Below, piece after piece: positions 11,450 to 23,750 of a DNA stretch of 64,000 bases (positions are counted from its first letter, which is position 1; each line of letters begins with the position of its first letter). The notes below the pieces were generated by a model. The model did no database searches. It saw only the letters and a list, made by a program, of their open reading frames with translations, and was not told the DNA's origin. Both the position numbers and the translations under genes were made by a program. The DNA is taken from contig CAWJTV010000001.1 in assembly GCA_963845755.1 (NCBI GenBank), positions 245,862 to 309,861 on the forward strand, in the 5' to 3' direction. Source of the DNA: an uncultured Planctomycetota bacterium. Its GTDB lineage: Bacteria > Planctomycetota > Planctomycetia > Isosphaerales > Isosphaeraceae.

Positions 11450-11593
11450 TGGTCATTGGTCATTGGTGAGATGGCGTCGTGTCTCGACATCGTAACCGCG
11501 AGAGGTTTCGAGGGCTCTAGACCTTCGGAGGTGGCTTCTCAGTCCGCTTGCGAACCAAGGACCAAGGATCAAGGACCGATGTCCAATGACCAA
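11444..11593. repeat. Short heptameric tandem repeats (ggtcatt; accaagg)
   Basis: ggtcattggtcattggtcattggt and accaaggaccaaggatcaaggacc. Confidence 0.55.
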
Positions 11594-11773
11594 GTTGCAA
11601 TTCTGACCGGAACCATGACCGCGTGGACTTGACCCTCCCCGTCCATTCGCTCTATCCTTTATTGGACGTTGATACTAGACTAATCGTAGGAGCCTGGGAC
11701 GGTCGAGATCCCAGCCCATTTCCCGGTCCGGTCCCCCCACGTGGTCCGGCCCACGGTCGGAGGTTCCCCTTCG

Positions 11774-12580
11774 GTGCGTCGCGCTCTGATCAGTGATATT
11801 CACGGGAACCTGGAAGCCTTAGAGGTGGTACTGGACGACATCCGGTCGCACGGAATCACCGAAGTCTTCTGCCTGGGCGACATTATCGGTTATGGCCCGA
11901 ATCCCCGCGAGTGTATCGATCGGGTGATGGAGACCTGTAAGATGACCCTCCTGGGCAACCACGACCAGGGGGCCATGTTCGATCCGGACGGGTTCAATAT
12001 CGGCGCGGAACGCGCCATCTTCTGGACGCGGGAACAGCTCGAGTGCCCCAACGACCGCGATAATAACGAGCGCCGCTGGGAATTCCTCGGCGAGCTGCCT
12101 CGGTCTCACCGGATCGGTCCCTACCTGTTCGTCCACGGATCGCCCCGGAATCCGTTGAGTGAATACATCTTCCCCGAGGATATCTACAACCATCGGAAGA
12201 TGGAGCGGCTCTTCCAGCTCGTGGGTCAGTACTGTTTCCAGGGTCACACCCACGTGCCGGGAATCTTCACAGAGAACTTCCAGTTCTTCTCCCCCGAGGA
12301 GATCGACCAGGAATACACGCTCGGGGACGGGAAGGTCATGATCAATGTCGGCTCGGTGGGCCAGCCGCGCGACGGCGACAACCGTGCCTGCTACGTCCTC
12401 TTCGAAGACGGCCTCGGGGACGATCAAGCGGAAGGCGAGGCCGGGACGGCTAACCTGGTCCAGACCCCCAAGATCGCGTTCCGTCGCCTCCCCTATGACT
12501 TCGAGACCACGATTCGCAAGATTTACTCCATCCCCGAGCTCGAGCCGTTCCTGGGCGACCGACTCCGACAAGGACGATAG
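11774..12580 (+). CDS. Metallophosphoesterase (calcineurin-like)
   Basis: [37 protein letters not shown]. Confidence 0.92.
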   Translation: MRRALISDIHGNLEALEVVLDDIRSHGITEVFCLGDIIGYGPNPRECIDRVMETCKMTLLGNHDQGAMFDPDGFNIGAERAIFWTREQLECPNDRDNNERRWEFLGELPRSHRIGPYLFVHGSPRNPLSEYIFPEDIYNHRKMERLFQLVGQYCFQGHTHVPGIFTENFQFFSPEEIDQEYTLGDGKVMINVGSVGQPRDGDNRACYVLFEDGLGDDQAEGEAGTANLVQTPKIAFRRLPYDFETTIRKIYSIPELEPFLGDRLRQGR

Positions 12581-12848
12581 GCTCGTGAGTGCTTTCGGGA
12601 CGACTTCGCGGCCGATCGATCGTGGTGCCCTCCTCCCGTTGCGGGTCACGGCGCCGACGTTACCTGCCTCCGTCGGCTTCGCAAGCGGGTCAGATCCAGC
12701 GATTCGATGTCGTCCTAATCACGTCTCCACGCTTCGGATCGACGGACGGACAGGACGAGATTCCGGTAACCCGCTGTCCGGTTGCCAGCGGCCAGGCCGT
12801 GAGACCGGCTCTCTTCGCTTCGGTGCCAGGATTGCCTCAAAATGAGTA

Positions 12849-15094
12849 ATGAGTAACGAGAAACGCTTCGTCCTCTGCATGGTGATGATGGTCCTGTGGA
12901 TGCTGGCATGGCCCTATCTGGCGCGACGGATGGGGTTGATGTCGGAGCCCAAGAATCCCCCGGCCGATGCGGTCGTCGCCAAGGATGCGGAGAAGGCGGA
13001 AGAGCCGCCGACCAAGCCGGAGGCCGAGGCCAAGCCGGAGACCCCCAAGGCCCAGGAACCCGCCAAGGCACTGGCCCAGCCGACCGAGACGCCCCCGAAG
13101 AAGCCGGATGTCGAGATCGTCAACGAGCCCGACCTCGTGCTGGGCTCAGTGACCGATCATGACCCCGACGGGTATCGCCTCGAGGCCTGGCTTACCCAGA
13201 AAGGGGCCGGCATCGACGTCCTCTTATCCTCGCGGTTCGATGCCGAGTACGAGAACGGGGTGGCCCTCAAGCGGCCACTGAAACTGATCCAGCGCGACAC
13301 CACGTGGCCCGCGTCATTCTCCCTGATGCTCAATGCCGAAGGGGCAGCGGCCGTTCCGGTTCCGCCCGAAGGCGACACCACCGTCATCTCCGCCGCGCGC
13401 GAGGCCGAGGACTGGCTGGACCGGGTGACCTGGGAAGTCGTGAAGGATGAGCAAGGCCGGATCCGACGACCCGTTTCGATGGTGGACCCGGCGACGCAGG
13501 CGTCGGTCGAGGGCCAGGCCATCGTCTTTCGCACCAAGGCGCCGTCGGGATTGATCGTCACCAAGACCTTCCGGCTCGGCAAGAACATCGACGGCCTGGA
13601 AGTCGAGCTAAAGTTCGAGAGTCTGGATCGCGAGCGCAAGGTCGCGTATAACCTGATCGGGCCGCATGGCATCCCCATCGAGGGCGAATGGTATACTAGC
13701 ACGTTCCGCGACCTGGTCTTCGGCCAGCTCAACGGCAAGACGACGGAGATCCTCACCGTCTCGGCTTACGACATCGCCAAGGCGGGCGACAAGGAGACCG
13801 ATAACACCGCGCTGCCGCTGCATTTTACCGGCGTGGAGAATCAGTATTTCGCGACCCTGATCGAGCCCGATCCGCCCCCGACCGGACAGGACGACCGCTG
13901 GGATAGCCGGGCCGTTGCCATGGTTCACCGGAATGAGAAGGACCTGCAAAAGTCCGATATTTGCGTCCAGATCAAGTCGCGGCCCATCACGGTCGGCCCG
14001 GACCAGGCGGTCGTCCACACCTACCGGCTCTTCGCCGGTCCCAAAATCGCCTCGGCCCTTCGGCCCTACGAGGCGGATGGAATGGCGTCTTATCGGAAAT
14101 ACGGGGGGGGACTGTTCACACCCTTCACGGCGACCGCGACCTATCTCGCCACGAACGTGATCACGCCAACGCTGGCCTTCACGTACGCGGTGACGGCCAG
14201 GGTCGCCCGGTTCTTCGGCGGAACTCGGGGGAACTACGGCATCGCGATCATCCTGCTCACGATCGCGGTCCGTGCCATGATGTTCCCGATCGGTCGCAAG
14301 CAGGCCCTCGCCGCCCAGAGGATGCAGGAGCTTCAGCCTCTGCTCAAGCAGATCCAGGAGAAGTACAAGGAAGACAAGGAGAAACAGACGAAGGAGACGT
14401 TCGCGCTCTACAAGAAGCACGGCGTCAACCCGGTCGCCGGCTGCCTCCCGGCCCTGATCCAGATCCCGATCTTCATGGGGCTCTGGCAGGCCCTCAACAC
14501 CAGCGTGCCGCTCCGGCACGCGACGTTCCTCTGGATCCACGACCTGGCGGCGCCCGACATGTTGTTCCGCTTTCCGTTCGAAGTCCCGTTCCTGGGCCCG
14601 TGGTTGAACCTGCTGCCGTTCGTGGTCGTGGCGCTGATGCTGATCCAGACGAAGCTCTTCTCGCCGCCGGCCACGACTCCCGAGGCCGAGGCGCAGCAGA
14701 AGATGATGAAATACATGATGGTCTTCATGGGGGTGATGTTCTACAAGGTCCCCTCGGGCCTGGGCCTCTACTTCATCACGAGCAGTCTCTGGGCGATCGG
14801 CGAGCGGCTGCTCCTGCCCAAGGTGACCCACGCTCGTGCGGTCGCGCCGGAGCTGGGCGACGGCGACGCGGGCGAGGAGAAGCCGACGGGACTTCGCGGC
14901 GGCAAGCCCGTGGCCCGACCGGGAATGGCGCACCGGCGAAGGCCAAGCCACCCGGACGGTTCGCCCTGTTCTTGGAACGTGTTCTCGAGGAGGCGCGTAA
15001 GGATCCGACCTACCGAAAGGTGGCCGAGGAACGTGAGGACAAGGGACGGGAGCGCGACAAGGGCGATCCCAGGGCCAGACCGCGGAGGCGTTGA
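12849..15094 (+). CDS. yidC: Membrane protein insertase YidC (probable frameshift near 14900 in the C-terminal tail)
   Basis: NYGIAIILLTIAVR, GVNPVAGCLPALIQIPIF, FLWIHDLAAPD, PSGLGLY; adjacent to mnmE; plausible tail ends at 15094 in a shifted frame. Confidence 0.92.
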
Positions 15095-15198
15095 CGGCGT
15101 CGAGACTTCCGATGGATGAAATCGCGAAATAGACATGAAAGTCCGCGATGTCATCCCCTGGTTGCAAGACGACGAATGGATTTAGAGTCTGTCCCATA

Positions 15199-15390
15199 AG
15201 CCCCGGAGGGGCGTCAGGTCGTAGCCAGGGGCGTGAGCCCCTGGACTCTCGGCCAGAGCCGCCGGGGTCCTTCTCCGAGCCCCGGAGGGGCGACAGAAGT
15301 CCCCGGTGCCCCAGGGTTTCTGTCGCCCCTCCGGGGCTCCCGGGACGGACGACGTCGTCCAGGGGCTCACGCCCCTGGCTACGACCTGAC
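15199..15390. repeat. Nested REP/REPIN-like palindromic element
   Basis: 33-bp perfect inverted repeat (15213-15245 / 15358-15390) enclosing a 22-bp perfect inverted repeat (15277-15298 / 15318-15339). Confidence 0.85.
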
Positions 15391-15469
15391 ATCATGGACA
15401 TCTCCCGCGAGGAGGCTGCGTTCGTTCTCGCCACCGAACGACCCTTGATGTGGGGACGATGCTCGAGCG

Positions 15470-16828
15470 ATGTCGATCTCCCTCGACCCCAACGACACGA
15501 TCGCGGCGGTGGCCAGCCCGCCCGGGCCGGCGGCGCGGGGGATCGTCCGGCTCTCGGGTCCCGCGGCCTGGTCGATCGTGCTGGCCACGTTCATCCCCGA
15601 TCGCGAAGAACCACCGCCGCGACGTCCCGAGCTGCGCCCGGGCTCGCTTCGCGTTGACGGCTTGAGGCCGCTCCTGCCCGTGATGCTGGCCCTCTGGCCG
15701 GCTCCCAGGACCTACACGGGTCAGGACGTCGTCGAGATCCACCTCGTCGGCTCGCCGCCCTTGGTGAACCAGGTGCTGGCCCATTGCCTGGCCCGGGGTG
15801 CGCGTCATGCCGAGCCAGGCGAGTTCACACTGCGGGCGTTCCTCTCGGGCCGGATCGACCTGACCCGTGCGGAGGCGGTGCTGGGCGTTATCGACGCCGC
15901 GAATCCGGCTCAGCTCGACGCCGCGCTCCAGCAACTGGCCGGCGGCCTGTCGGGTCCGATCCTGGCCCTGCGCGACCATCTCCTGGATCTGGTCGCTCAT
16001 CTCGAAGCGAACCTGGACTTCACCGAAGAGCCCGACGTCGATCCCCTGGGCCGTACGACGCTGGCCGAGGAACTCGACCGCTCGGCCGGCGAGCTCCAGG
16101 CGCTCGGCCGTCGGCTCAGCGAACGCGACCGGCCCGAGGGCTATCCGCGCGTGGTCCTGGTCGGTCCGCCCAACGCCGGCAAGAGTCGGCTCTTCAACGC
16201 CCTGCTGGGACGGGATCAGGCGATCGTCTCGTCGCAAGCCGGGACGACCCGCGACTACCTGACGGCCCTCTGCGACTGCGACGGTCTCATCGTCGAATTG
16301 GTGGACACGGCCGGAGTCGAAGCGCCGGACGATGCCGTCACCGAGCAGGCCCAGGCCCATCGCGCCGATCAGGCCGACCGCGCCGATCTCTTGCTCGACT
16401 GTCGATCCTCCGAGGAAGATCGTCCGGCGCCGACGGCGTTCTCGACCGCTCGTCCTCTGATGGAGGTATGGACCAAGTGTGATCTCACGCCTTCCGTTTG
16501 CGAGACCGACAACCCCGAGCGCCTACGGACTAGCGCGAGAACCGGTGAGGGAGTCGCGGAGCTGCGGGCCGCAATCGCGCGGCGGATCCGGGGCCAGGAC
16601 GGCGAGGGCAACCTGCCGGCGGGAACCGCCGCGCGGTGCCGGGGGAGCATCCTCCGCGCCGAAGAGGCCTTGCGCTCGGCCGCCGAGTCGCTCCTGGCCG
16701 GTGGCGGCGACGAGCTGATCGCGTTCGATCTCCGGCTGGCCGTCGAAGAACTCGGCAAGGTGGTCGGTACCGTGGTCACCGACGACATCCTCGACCGGAT
16801 CTTCCGCCGGTTCTGCATCGGCAAGTGA
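15470..16828 (+). CDS. mnmE: tRNA modification GTPase MnmE
   Basis: [41 protein letters not shown]-terminal FCIGK. Confidence 0.96.
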   Translation: MSISLDPNDTIAAVASPPGPAARGIVRLSGPAAWSIVLATFIPDREEPPPRRPELRPGSLRVDGLRPLLPVMLALWPAPRTYTGQDVVEIHLVGSPPLVNQVLAHCLARGARHAEPGEFTLRAFLSGRIDLTRAEAVLGVIDAANPAQLDAALQQLAGGLSGPILALRDHLLDLVAHLEANLDFTEEPDVDPLGRTTLAEELDRSAGELQALGRRLSERDRPEGYPRVVLVGPPNAGKSRLFNALLGRDQAIVSSQAGTTRDYLTALCDCDGLIVELVDTAGVEAPDDAVTEQAQAHRADQADRADLLLDCRSSEEDRPAPTAFSTARPLMEVWTKCDLTPSVCETDNPERLRTSARTGEGVAELRAAIARRIRGQDGEGNLPAGTAARCRGSILRAEEALRSAAESLLAGGGDELIAFDLRLAVEELGKVVGTVVTDDILDRIFRRFCIGK

Positions 16829-16940
16829 TTCGCCGTGTGGGCCGCCGGAAGGCCGGGGATCAGGTGCGTCGGCTGGCTCATGGCGGTATTCTAAAGGAAT
16901 CGGCAAGACACTCTTCCCGGAAAACGGCGATCACGAAACC

Positions 16941-18344
16941 ATGACACCCCACATTCGAATCGAAACGGATACCATGGGCGGGATAGAAGTCCCCGCCGAC
17001 CGGCTCTGGGGCGCGCAGACCCAGCGCTCGCTCGAGAACTTCAAGATCGGCGAAGACCGGATGCCGATCGCGCTGATCCACGCCTTGGCGCAGGTCAAGC
17101 GGGCGGCGGCCCAGGTCAATCTCAACCTCGGCAAGTTCAAGGACCCCGCGATCGGCCGCGCGATCATCGACGCCGCCGACGAGATCGTCGCCGGCCGGCA
17201 CAATGCCGAGTTCCCCCTGGTCGTCTGGCAGACCGGTAGCGGCACTCAGACGAACATGAACCTCAACGAGGTCATCGCCAACCGGGCCAGCGAACTCGTG
17301 GGAGGCGAACGGGGCATGGGCCGCAAGGTCCATCCCAACGACCAGGTCAACATGGGCCAGTCGTCCAACGACGTCTTCCCCACGGCCATGCACGTGGCCG
17401 CCGTCGAGGCGCTCCGCAACCGCTTGATCCCTTCCGTGCGGAAGCTGCGCGACACCCTGGCCCGGAAGGCCGAGGTGTTCCAGGAGCTCGTCAAGATCGG
17501 CCGGACTCACCTGATGGACGCGACCCCTCTCACGCTCGGCCAGGAGATCTCCGGCTGGGTGCAGCTCCTCGATAACGGCACCAAACACGTCGAAGAAGCG
17601 ATTCCCCACCTTTGCGAGCTGGCCCTCGGCGGGACAGCCGTCGGCACCGGGTTGAACGCGCATCCCGAGTTCGCCGTCCGAGTGGCGGACGAGCTGGCGA
17701 AGCTCACCGGACACCCGTTCGTCACGGCCCCCAACAAGTTCGAGGCCCTCTCGGGACACGATGCGCTCCTCTTCGCGCACGGCGCACTCAAGACGCTCGC
17801 CGCCTCACTGATGAAGATCGCCAACGACGTCCGCTGGATGGCGTCCGGCCCGCGCAGTGGGCTGGGCGAAATCCTCATCCCCGAGAATGAGCCGGGTAGC
17901 TCGATCATGCCCGGAAAGGTCAACCCGACCCAGAGCGAGGCCATGACGATGGTCGCCTCCCAGGTCATGGGCAACGACGTCGCGATCAACATGGGCGGCG
18001 CGCTCGGCAACTTCGAGCTCAACGTCATGAAGCCGCTGATCATCCACAACTTCCTGGGGAGCGTCCGGCTGCTGGCCGATGCCTGCGTCAGCTTCAACGA
18101 CCATTGCGCCGCCGGCATCGAACCCAACCGAGAACGAATCGACGACCTTCTCAACCGCTCGCTCATGCTCGTGACGGCGCTCAATCCGCACATCGGCTAC
18201 GACAACGCCGCCAAGATCGCCAAGAACGCCCATGCCAAGGGGATCACCCTTCGCGAGTCGGCCGTCGAGTCGGGCCTGCTCACCGCCGAGCAGTTCGATC
18301 AGTGGGTGAAGGCAGAGGATATGGTGGGGCGGGCCGGGGGTTGA
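16941..18344 (+). CDS. fumC: Class II fumarate hydratase
   Basis: [15 protein letters not shown] signature, [22 protein letters not shown]. Confidence 0.97.
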   Translation: MTPHIRIETDTMGGIEVPADRLWGAQTQRSLENFKIGEDRMPIALIHALAQVKRAAAQVNLNLGKFKDPAIGRAIIDAADEIVAGRHNAEFPLVVWQTGSGTQTNMNLNEVIANRASELVGGERGMGRKVHPNDQVNMGQSSNDVFPTAMHVAAVEALRNRLIPSVRKLRDTLARKAEVFQELVKIGRTHLMDATPLTLGQEISGWVQLLDNGTKHVEEAIPHLCELALGGTAVGTGLNAHPEFAVRVADELAKLTGHPFVTAPNKFEALSGHDALLFAHGALKTLAASLMKIANDVRWMASGPRSGLGEILIPENEPGSSIMPGKVNPTQSEAMTMVASQVMGNDVAINMGGALGNFELNVMKPLIIHNFLGSVRLLADACVSFNDHCAAGIEPNRERIDDLLNRSLMLVTALNPHIGYDNAAKIAKNAHAKGITLRESAVESGLLTAEQFDQWVKAEDMVGRAGG

Positions 18345-18442
18345 CAATGGACTGACACGCGACCCATCGCCAGGTAGAGCGGTTCGATGCCGCCGAGATG
18401 CCATCACCTCGATCGTAGCCAGAAAACTCCTGCGATGCCCGT

Positions 18443-18952
18443 TCAGACCAGGAGCTTCATCTTGTAAACGATCATTCCCATACACCAGGAGAAAGCGTCG
18501 GTGACCGCATCCCGGGGGATGCGTTTCTTACTCAAGAACGAGGCAAACTCCTTGTGGAACGTCAGATGATCGGCCAGAGCCTCCAGACAGGATCGATATG
18601 CCCATGGCATCGGCTTGTCGATGCAATGGCAGAAATCGAGCAAGAGGTTGATGCAATCGAGCAGCTGAGCGTTCTCGGCTTCGTCCTTGAGATTCAAGGT
18701 GTGGATCGCATCGGCGAAGTCGAACACCGCGTACAGTTGCGAAGGGGCCGGTCCGAAGGCCGCGGCCCCACAATCGCATTTCTGTAGCGCCGCTCTCGCC
18801 AGGTCCGGCCGCACGAACAGGATCGGCTTGCCGCCGCACAGGATGGGACGATCGTCGTCGACGTAGATCGTGTAGAGTTGAGGCTCGGTGAGATCCGGCT
18901 CGATTCGGAATCCCAGGAGGTATAGCGTCGGTGGTTCCGCGTCGTTTGGCAT
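18443..18952 (-). CDS. Hypothetical protein
   Basis: 169-aa ORF with protein-like composition starting 22 bp downstream of mgsC on the same strand. Confidence 0.6.
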   Translation of the reverse strand: MPNDAEPPTLYLLGFRIEPDLTEPQLYTIYVDDDRPILCGGKPILFVRPDLARAALQKCDCGAAAFGPAPSQLYAVFDFADAIHTLNLKDEAENAQLLDCINLLLDFCHCIDKPMPWAYRSCLEALADHLTFHKEFASFLSKKRIPRDAVTDAFSWCMGMIVYKMKLLV

Positions 18953-18974
18953 CGCGCGATCCGGGCCGTTCCGG

Positions 18975-20432
18975 TCAATGGCCCGTTCCGGTCTCTTTCC
19001 AGCCCGGGCCGCCGCCGAAGACGCGGTTGGTCCCGGCCAGGGGAAGCCCGGTGATCATCGAGGCTTCGAGTGTCAAGGCGCGGAGGTCCTCGGGCTCGAG
19101 GTGGTGGACATCGCTCTTACCGCATGCGCGCGCCAGGATCTGGATCTCGGAGGTCAGCGCGTGGAAGAAGTTGGCCACCCGCTCGGCGGCAGGGTCGATC
19201 TCCAGCCGGGCGTTCAGCTCGGGGTCCTGGGTCGTGATTCCGACCGGGCATCGGCCGGTGTGACAATGGTGACACGAATAGGGAGCCGAACCGATCTTGT
19301 GATAATCCTCGACATAGATCGGCTTGTTGCAATTCAGGGCGATCAGGAGCGCCGTGCCGAGGTAGCAGGCGTCGGCCCCGAGGGCCAGGGCCTTGGCACA
19401 GTCCGAACCATGCCTCAGGCCGCCGGCAATAATGAGCTGGACCTGCCCGTACAGGCCGATGTCTTCGAGGGCCGCGCGGGCCTCGCATACGGCGGCCAGT
19501 GTGGGGATGCCGGTATGCTCCTGGAGCAGCTCGGGTGAGGCGGCCGTCCCGCCTTCCATGCCGTCGACGACGATCACGTCGGCTCCCGCCTTGGCGGCCA
19601 GCCGGACGTCGTCGAAGACGCGTGACGCGCCCATCTTGACGAAGATCGGCACCCGGTAATCGGTCGCCTCCCGAAGCTCCTCGATCTTGATGACGAGGTC
19701 GTCGGGGCCGAGGAAATCGGGATGCCGGCAGGGTGAGCGCTGGTCGACGCCGGGGGGCAGATCGCGGAGCCGGGCGATCTCATCGGAGACCTTGGAACCC
19801 AGCAACAAGCCGCCGGTACCCGGCTTGGCGCCCTGGCCGATGGTCAGCTCGATGGCGTCGGCCTGCCGGAGGTGCCGCACGTCGATCCCGTACCGGCTCG
19901 GCAGCACTTCGTAGACCATGACGCGCGACTCGGTGCGCTCGACGTCGAGCATACCCCCGTCGCCGGTCGTGGTCGACGTGCCCGCCATGCGCGCCCCGCG
20001 CGACAGGGCCGTCTTGGCGTTGCGGGAGAGCGCTCCATAGCTCATCCCGGTCACCATCAGGGGAATCTCCAGCTCGATCGGCCGGGACGCGAATCGGGTC
20101 CCGAGCACGGTCCGGGTCGAGCATGCTTCGCGGTAACCCTCGAGCGGGATGCGGGTGAGCGTCGCCGGGATGAACGTAAGGTCGTCGAACGTGGCCCAGG
20201 TCCGCGGCCGCAACGACCCGAACCCTCGGATCCGATACCGAGCCAGCTCGGCCTTGATCTGGATGTCTTCGATGACCGCCGGTGTGAACGTCCCCGAGGC
20301 CTCCGCGGGCGAGGGGTCGCCGCCAATCCGCTGGGCTTGCTCGGCTGCCGTTGAACATTGGTCCGTAATCCTTAATCCTTCATCCTTCCCTGGACCTGGG
20401 GTTGGGCAGGGCAGGGGACTCCAGCTCACCAT
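18975..20432 (-). CDS. mgsC: FMN-binding glutamate synthase family protein, N-methylglutamate synthase subunit C
   Basis: GMSYGALS, TTGDGG, IGQGAKPGTGG, DQRSPCRHPD, CHHCHTGRCPVGITTQ; context with mgsAB/gmaS; true start probably near 20360. Confidence 0.8.
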   Translation of the reverse strand: MVSWSPLPCPTPGPGKDEGLRITDQCSTAAEQAQRIGGDPSPAEASGTFTPAVIEDIQIKAELARYRIRGFGSLRPRTWATFDDLTFIPATLTRIPLEGYREACSTRTVLGTRFASRPIELEIPLMVTGMSYGALSRNAKTALSRGARMAGTSTTTGDGGMLDVERTESRVMVYEVLPSRYGIDVRHLRQADAIELTIGQGAKPGTGGLLLGSKVSDEIARLRDLPPGVDQRSPCRHPDFLGPDDLVIKIEELREATDYRVPIFVKMGASRVFDDVRLAAKAGADVIVVDGMEGGTAASPELLQEHTGIPTLAAVCEARAALEDIGLYGQVQLIIAGGLRHGSDCAKALALGADACYLGTALLIALNCNKPIYVEDYHKIGSAPYSCHHCHTGRCPVGITTQDPELNARLEIDPAAERVANFFHALTSEIQILARACGKSDVHHLEPEDLRALTLEASMITGLPLAGTNRVFGGGPGWKETGTGH

Positions 20433-21288
20433 TGGCGCCAGGCGCCGCGAGGGAAGGGCCCGATTCCGACTGAGGATCGAGCTGACGAAGATACTCTTTG
20501 GCAGGTTCGGAGAAGTCGGAATGATTCGTCAACTTGAGAACCCGATGGAAGTCGACGGCGGCCTCCTGGACTTGCCCTTTCTTGAACAGGCAGATCCCGC
20601 GATTGAGGTACACCTCGGGATCGGTGGCGCGGAGGTTCAACGCCTGACCGAAATCCTCGAGTGCTCCGTCGAGGTCGCCGGTCTCGATGCGGATCTTGGC
20701 GCGCTGGATGTAGGCCGCGACCAGCCGGGGATCGTGCTGGATCGCCCGGTCGAAATCGGCCACGGCGTTCCCGTGATCGCCGATCGCCTGATAGACGCTG
20801 CCACGCCCGAGGTAGGCTTCCGCCCGGTAGGGGGTGATCTGGATCGCCCGATTGAACTCCGCCAGGGCCGGCTCGTACTCCTTCTGAAAGAGGTGAGTGC
20901 GGCCAGCCTTGAGCAACTTCGGAATCCGCAGCCGGAGCCGGCGGCGCGACACGCCCCACACCGTCGCGGACACGAGTCCGATCGCCACGGGGATTCCGAT
21001 CATGGAATTGCGGGCGATGGTCCGCAGGCGCTCGGGATACTTCGAGCGGGTCACCACCACGCTCTCGCTTTCCCGAGTGGTGACTGTCTGGAGCTGGACG
21101 AAGGAGAGCACGCCGAGGATCGTCACGACCGCGATGGTGCCGAGGACCAGGGAGATCCACTTCCCTCTCCCGGCGGCGAGCAAGCCGCAGGCGATCAGGA
21201 GCAGCACGATCGCCACGGCGCCGGCGCCGGCCAGACCCATCGGTCTGGGGCCGTTGATGATGCGCTGGAGTGTTTGGTCGGCTATCAT
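20380..21288 (-). CDS. Membrane-anchored TPR protein
   Basis: Three hydrophobic helices followed by about 4 TPRs. Confidence 0.8.
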   Translation of the reverse strand: MIADQTLQRIINGPRPMGLAGAGAVAIVLLLIACGLLAAGRGKWISLVLGTIAVVTILGVLSFVQLQTVTTRESESVVVTRSKYPERLRTIARNSMIGIPVAIGLVSATVWGVSRRRLRLRIPKLLKAGRTHLFQKEYEPALAEFNRAIQITPYRAEAYLGRGSVYQAIGDHGNAVADFDRAIQHDPRLVAAYIQRAKIRIETGDLDGALEDFGQALNLRATDPEVYLNRGICLFKKGQVQEAAVDFHRVLKLTNHSDFSEPAKEYLRQLDPQSESGPSLAAPGANGELESPALPNPRSREG

Positions 21289-21569
21289 GTCAGCGATCCC
21301 TCTCTCATCGGAGAACGTCGGTCGCCGGGGTGACTGTACCGCGTTGTACTGTCGTCCTCACGTCTCCGATGCCCACAACTGCTCGATCGTCCGTTGCCCA
21401 GACCCGGTGCTCAGGAATTCAGATTGTAGGTCGTTATGAGCTCGGAGAGGGATCGGTCGACGAGGCGGGGAGGGCTCTTAGAGTCCGTCCAATCTACGCA
21501 GGGCCGGGGCCGCTGTCAATCAACCATCCTTCCCATTCTGCGATTTCCGCCTCATTTTCGGTCATATCC

Positions 21570-22313
21570 TCATAACGCCGATTTCCAGAGGTGTCGGTCG
21601 CTACCCTGGAAGTTCCAGAGCCGGCGCCCCGCGACCAGTTTTCGGAACCCCGGCGCCGGGGCGGCGACCTTCCAACGCTCCAGGGCCGAGCCGAGAAGCT
21701 CGCGATCCTCGTCGGTGACGTCCTGAAAAATCGCATCGGCTCCCAGCTCGCCGTGCCGGCCGCCCAGGAATACCGTGCCGGCGTACAAACTATCCGCGAC
21801 GCCATCGCCCGCGTTGCCGCAGACGATCATCGACCCCTTCTGCATCATGAACCCTGCCATCGGACCCACATCCCCGGCCACCAGGAGCAGACCGCCTTTC
21901 ATCGCAATCCCCGCTCGTGTCAACGCATTCCCCCGCACCACCACCGTCCCTGACCGGATCGAAGCCGCCACTGCATTGCCCACATCGCCATCGACTATCA
22001 CCACGCCATCACGCATGCTCTCGGCCGCTCCCCAGCCGGCTCCGCCGTGAACCCGCACCGTGGCGCCGTCGTTGAGGCCGGCGACATAGTAGCCCGCGCT
22101 CCCTTCGATGCTCAGCTCGATCCCTTCCGGCAGGGCCACGCCGAGGTTGTGGCGAGCGGCCGGTCGGAGCAGGCGGATCCGGGTTGCTCCCGAGTCGATC
22201 GCCGCGCGGACCGACCGGTTGATCTGACGTGTCGGCAGGTCGCCGCAGTCCAGGACGACGGGGTCCTGCTCTGTCGAGGTCATCGTTGCAACGTTGGAAT
22301 CGACGTTTGACAC
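21570..22313 (-). CDS. mgsB: GXGXG-domain protein, N-methylglutamate synthase subunit B
   Basis: RQINR, ARHNLGV, GSAGYYVAG, GIAMKGG, FMMQKG, DSLYAG, AGRRLWNF. Confidence 0.85.
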   Translation of the reverse strand: MSNVDSNVATMTSTEQDPVVLDCGDLPTRQINRSVRAAIDSGATRIRLLRPAARHNLGVALPEGIELSIEGSAGYYVAGLNDGATVRVHGGAGWGAAESMRDGVVIVDGDVGNAVAASIRSGTVVVRGNALTRAGIAMKGGLLLVAGDVGPMAGFMMQKGSMIVCGNAGDGVADSLYAGTVFLGGRHGELGADAIFQDVTDEDRELLGSALERWKVAAPAPGFRKLVAGRRLWNFQGSDRHLWKSAL

Positions 22314-22332
22314 GATCTTGTCCTCGAGCCTA

Positions 22333-23750
22333 GACCGACAATCCTCAATTGAGTGAGCATGAGCAAGGTGGCTTCTCCATCCTTGGTCGTTTGCCTCTTT
22401 TCACGCCACCTTCACCCGCAGCGGGCGACCGGTGTAGGTCCAGTGGAACGGCTTGGCAAACACCCGATTGAAATACGCGATGAAGTTCCACAGCTTGCTC
22501 TGCAGGTCGTCCACCGAACTGAACGAGCCGCGCCGAATCACCTTCCTCATGATTACTCCGAAGACCGTCTCGATCTGGTTCAGCCACGAACTGTGCTTCG
22601 GCGTGTACACGAACCGGATCCGGTGGCCCTTCTCCGACAGGAACGCTTGCCGGCTGGCCACCGACTTGAGGATCCCGCGCCACGTTCTTCCTCCCCAACG
22701 GCTCCGCGATCCCGCACGCCTTGGCCACCAACCGCACCAGCATCTCCGAGCCATGGATGTTCAAATTATCCACCACGAAGATCCACCCCGCCTCCGGGTC
22801 GGTCGCCACCGTGTGCGCGATGTGTTCGACGAAATCCAACTCCGTCCGCGTCGGGCCGATCGTGGGGGTGATCAACTCGCCGGTCGTCACGTCGAAGTTG
22901 CCGATCAGAGTCAGCGTCCCATGCCGCGTATATTCGGCCTCGATCCGCTCGGGCCTCCCGTAGGTCATCGGCTGATCGGGGGCACTCCGCTCCAGCGCTT
23001 GCAACCCGGTCATCTCATCGGTGCTGACGGTGTGCGTCCCCTGGTCCCTCGCCAGGGCCGGCGCCTCCTGGTAGGTGTCACAGACCGCCTGGACCCGCCC
23101 CGCAAAGACCACCGGATCTTTCTCGCGGGTGTTGAGCCAATACCGCTTCTTGTGCGGCTGCAAGGCGGCCTCGCGGAGATAGCGACCCACTTGAGTGACC
23201 GAGATCGAGGGCACGATGCCGCGCTTGATGGCCTCGTCGGCCAACTCCTTGGCCGTCCAGTGAGTGATCGGCCGGCCGGACTTCTCCGGGGGCTCGCAGG
23301 CCAGTGCCAGGATCGCCACGACCTGCTCGGGAGTGAACTTGCCGGAGGAGCCGGCGCGGGGCTCATCGCGGAGGACCTGCTCGACGGCCCGGCGCAACGC
23401 GGCGTGGGTCTGGGTGCACTCGATGCGGATGAGCCGCTCCCAGGCATCGGCCCAACGTCGTCGCCAGGTGCTGACCTGCCGCCGCGACAGCCCGACTGCG
23501 GCGGCGATCTCCGCGTTGTCCCGCTTCTGGAAGGCCCAGAGGATGATGGCCGCACGCTGGCGGAGTTGAGACGAGGCGGTGGGGGCCTTGTGGATCGTCT
23601 CCAGGAGATCGTGTTGACGTTCGGTGATGGTGACCTTGGCCGTCTTGCCCGGCATGGCGAGAGCCTCCCTGGTGGTTGCGAAGCTAGCGAATCCGGGTAA
23701 TTCTAGCCGGGTCATCAAGCTGTTGGTGTCTCAATTGAGGATTGTCGGTC
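22333..23750 (-). mobile_element. IS630-family insertion sequence
   Basis: Perfect 21-bp terminal inverted repeats gaccgacaatcctcaattgag (22333-22353 / 23730-23750) flanked by TA on both sides (22331-32, 23751-52). Confidence 0.93.
22401..23655 (-). CDS. IS630 transposase (frameshift near 22690)
   Basis: HTH N-terminus, LQPHKKRYW, STDEMTG, EYTRHGT, VVDNLNIH, then YTPKHSSWLNQIE and PFHWTY in the shifted frame. Confidence 0.9.

Noticed and set aside
22670..22710. Programmed frameshift in the IS630 transposase
   Set aside because: No clear slippery sequence and it lies inside the catalytic domain; indistinguishable from the other indel errors.
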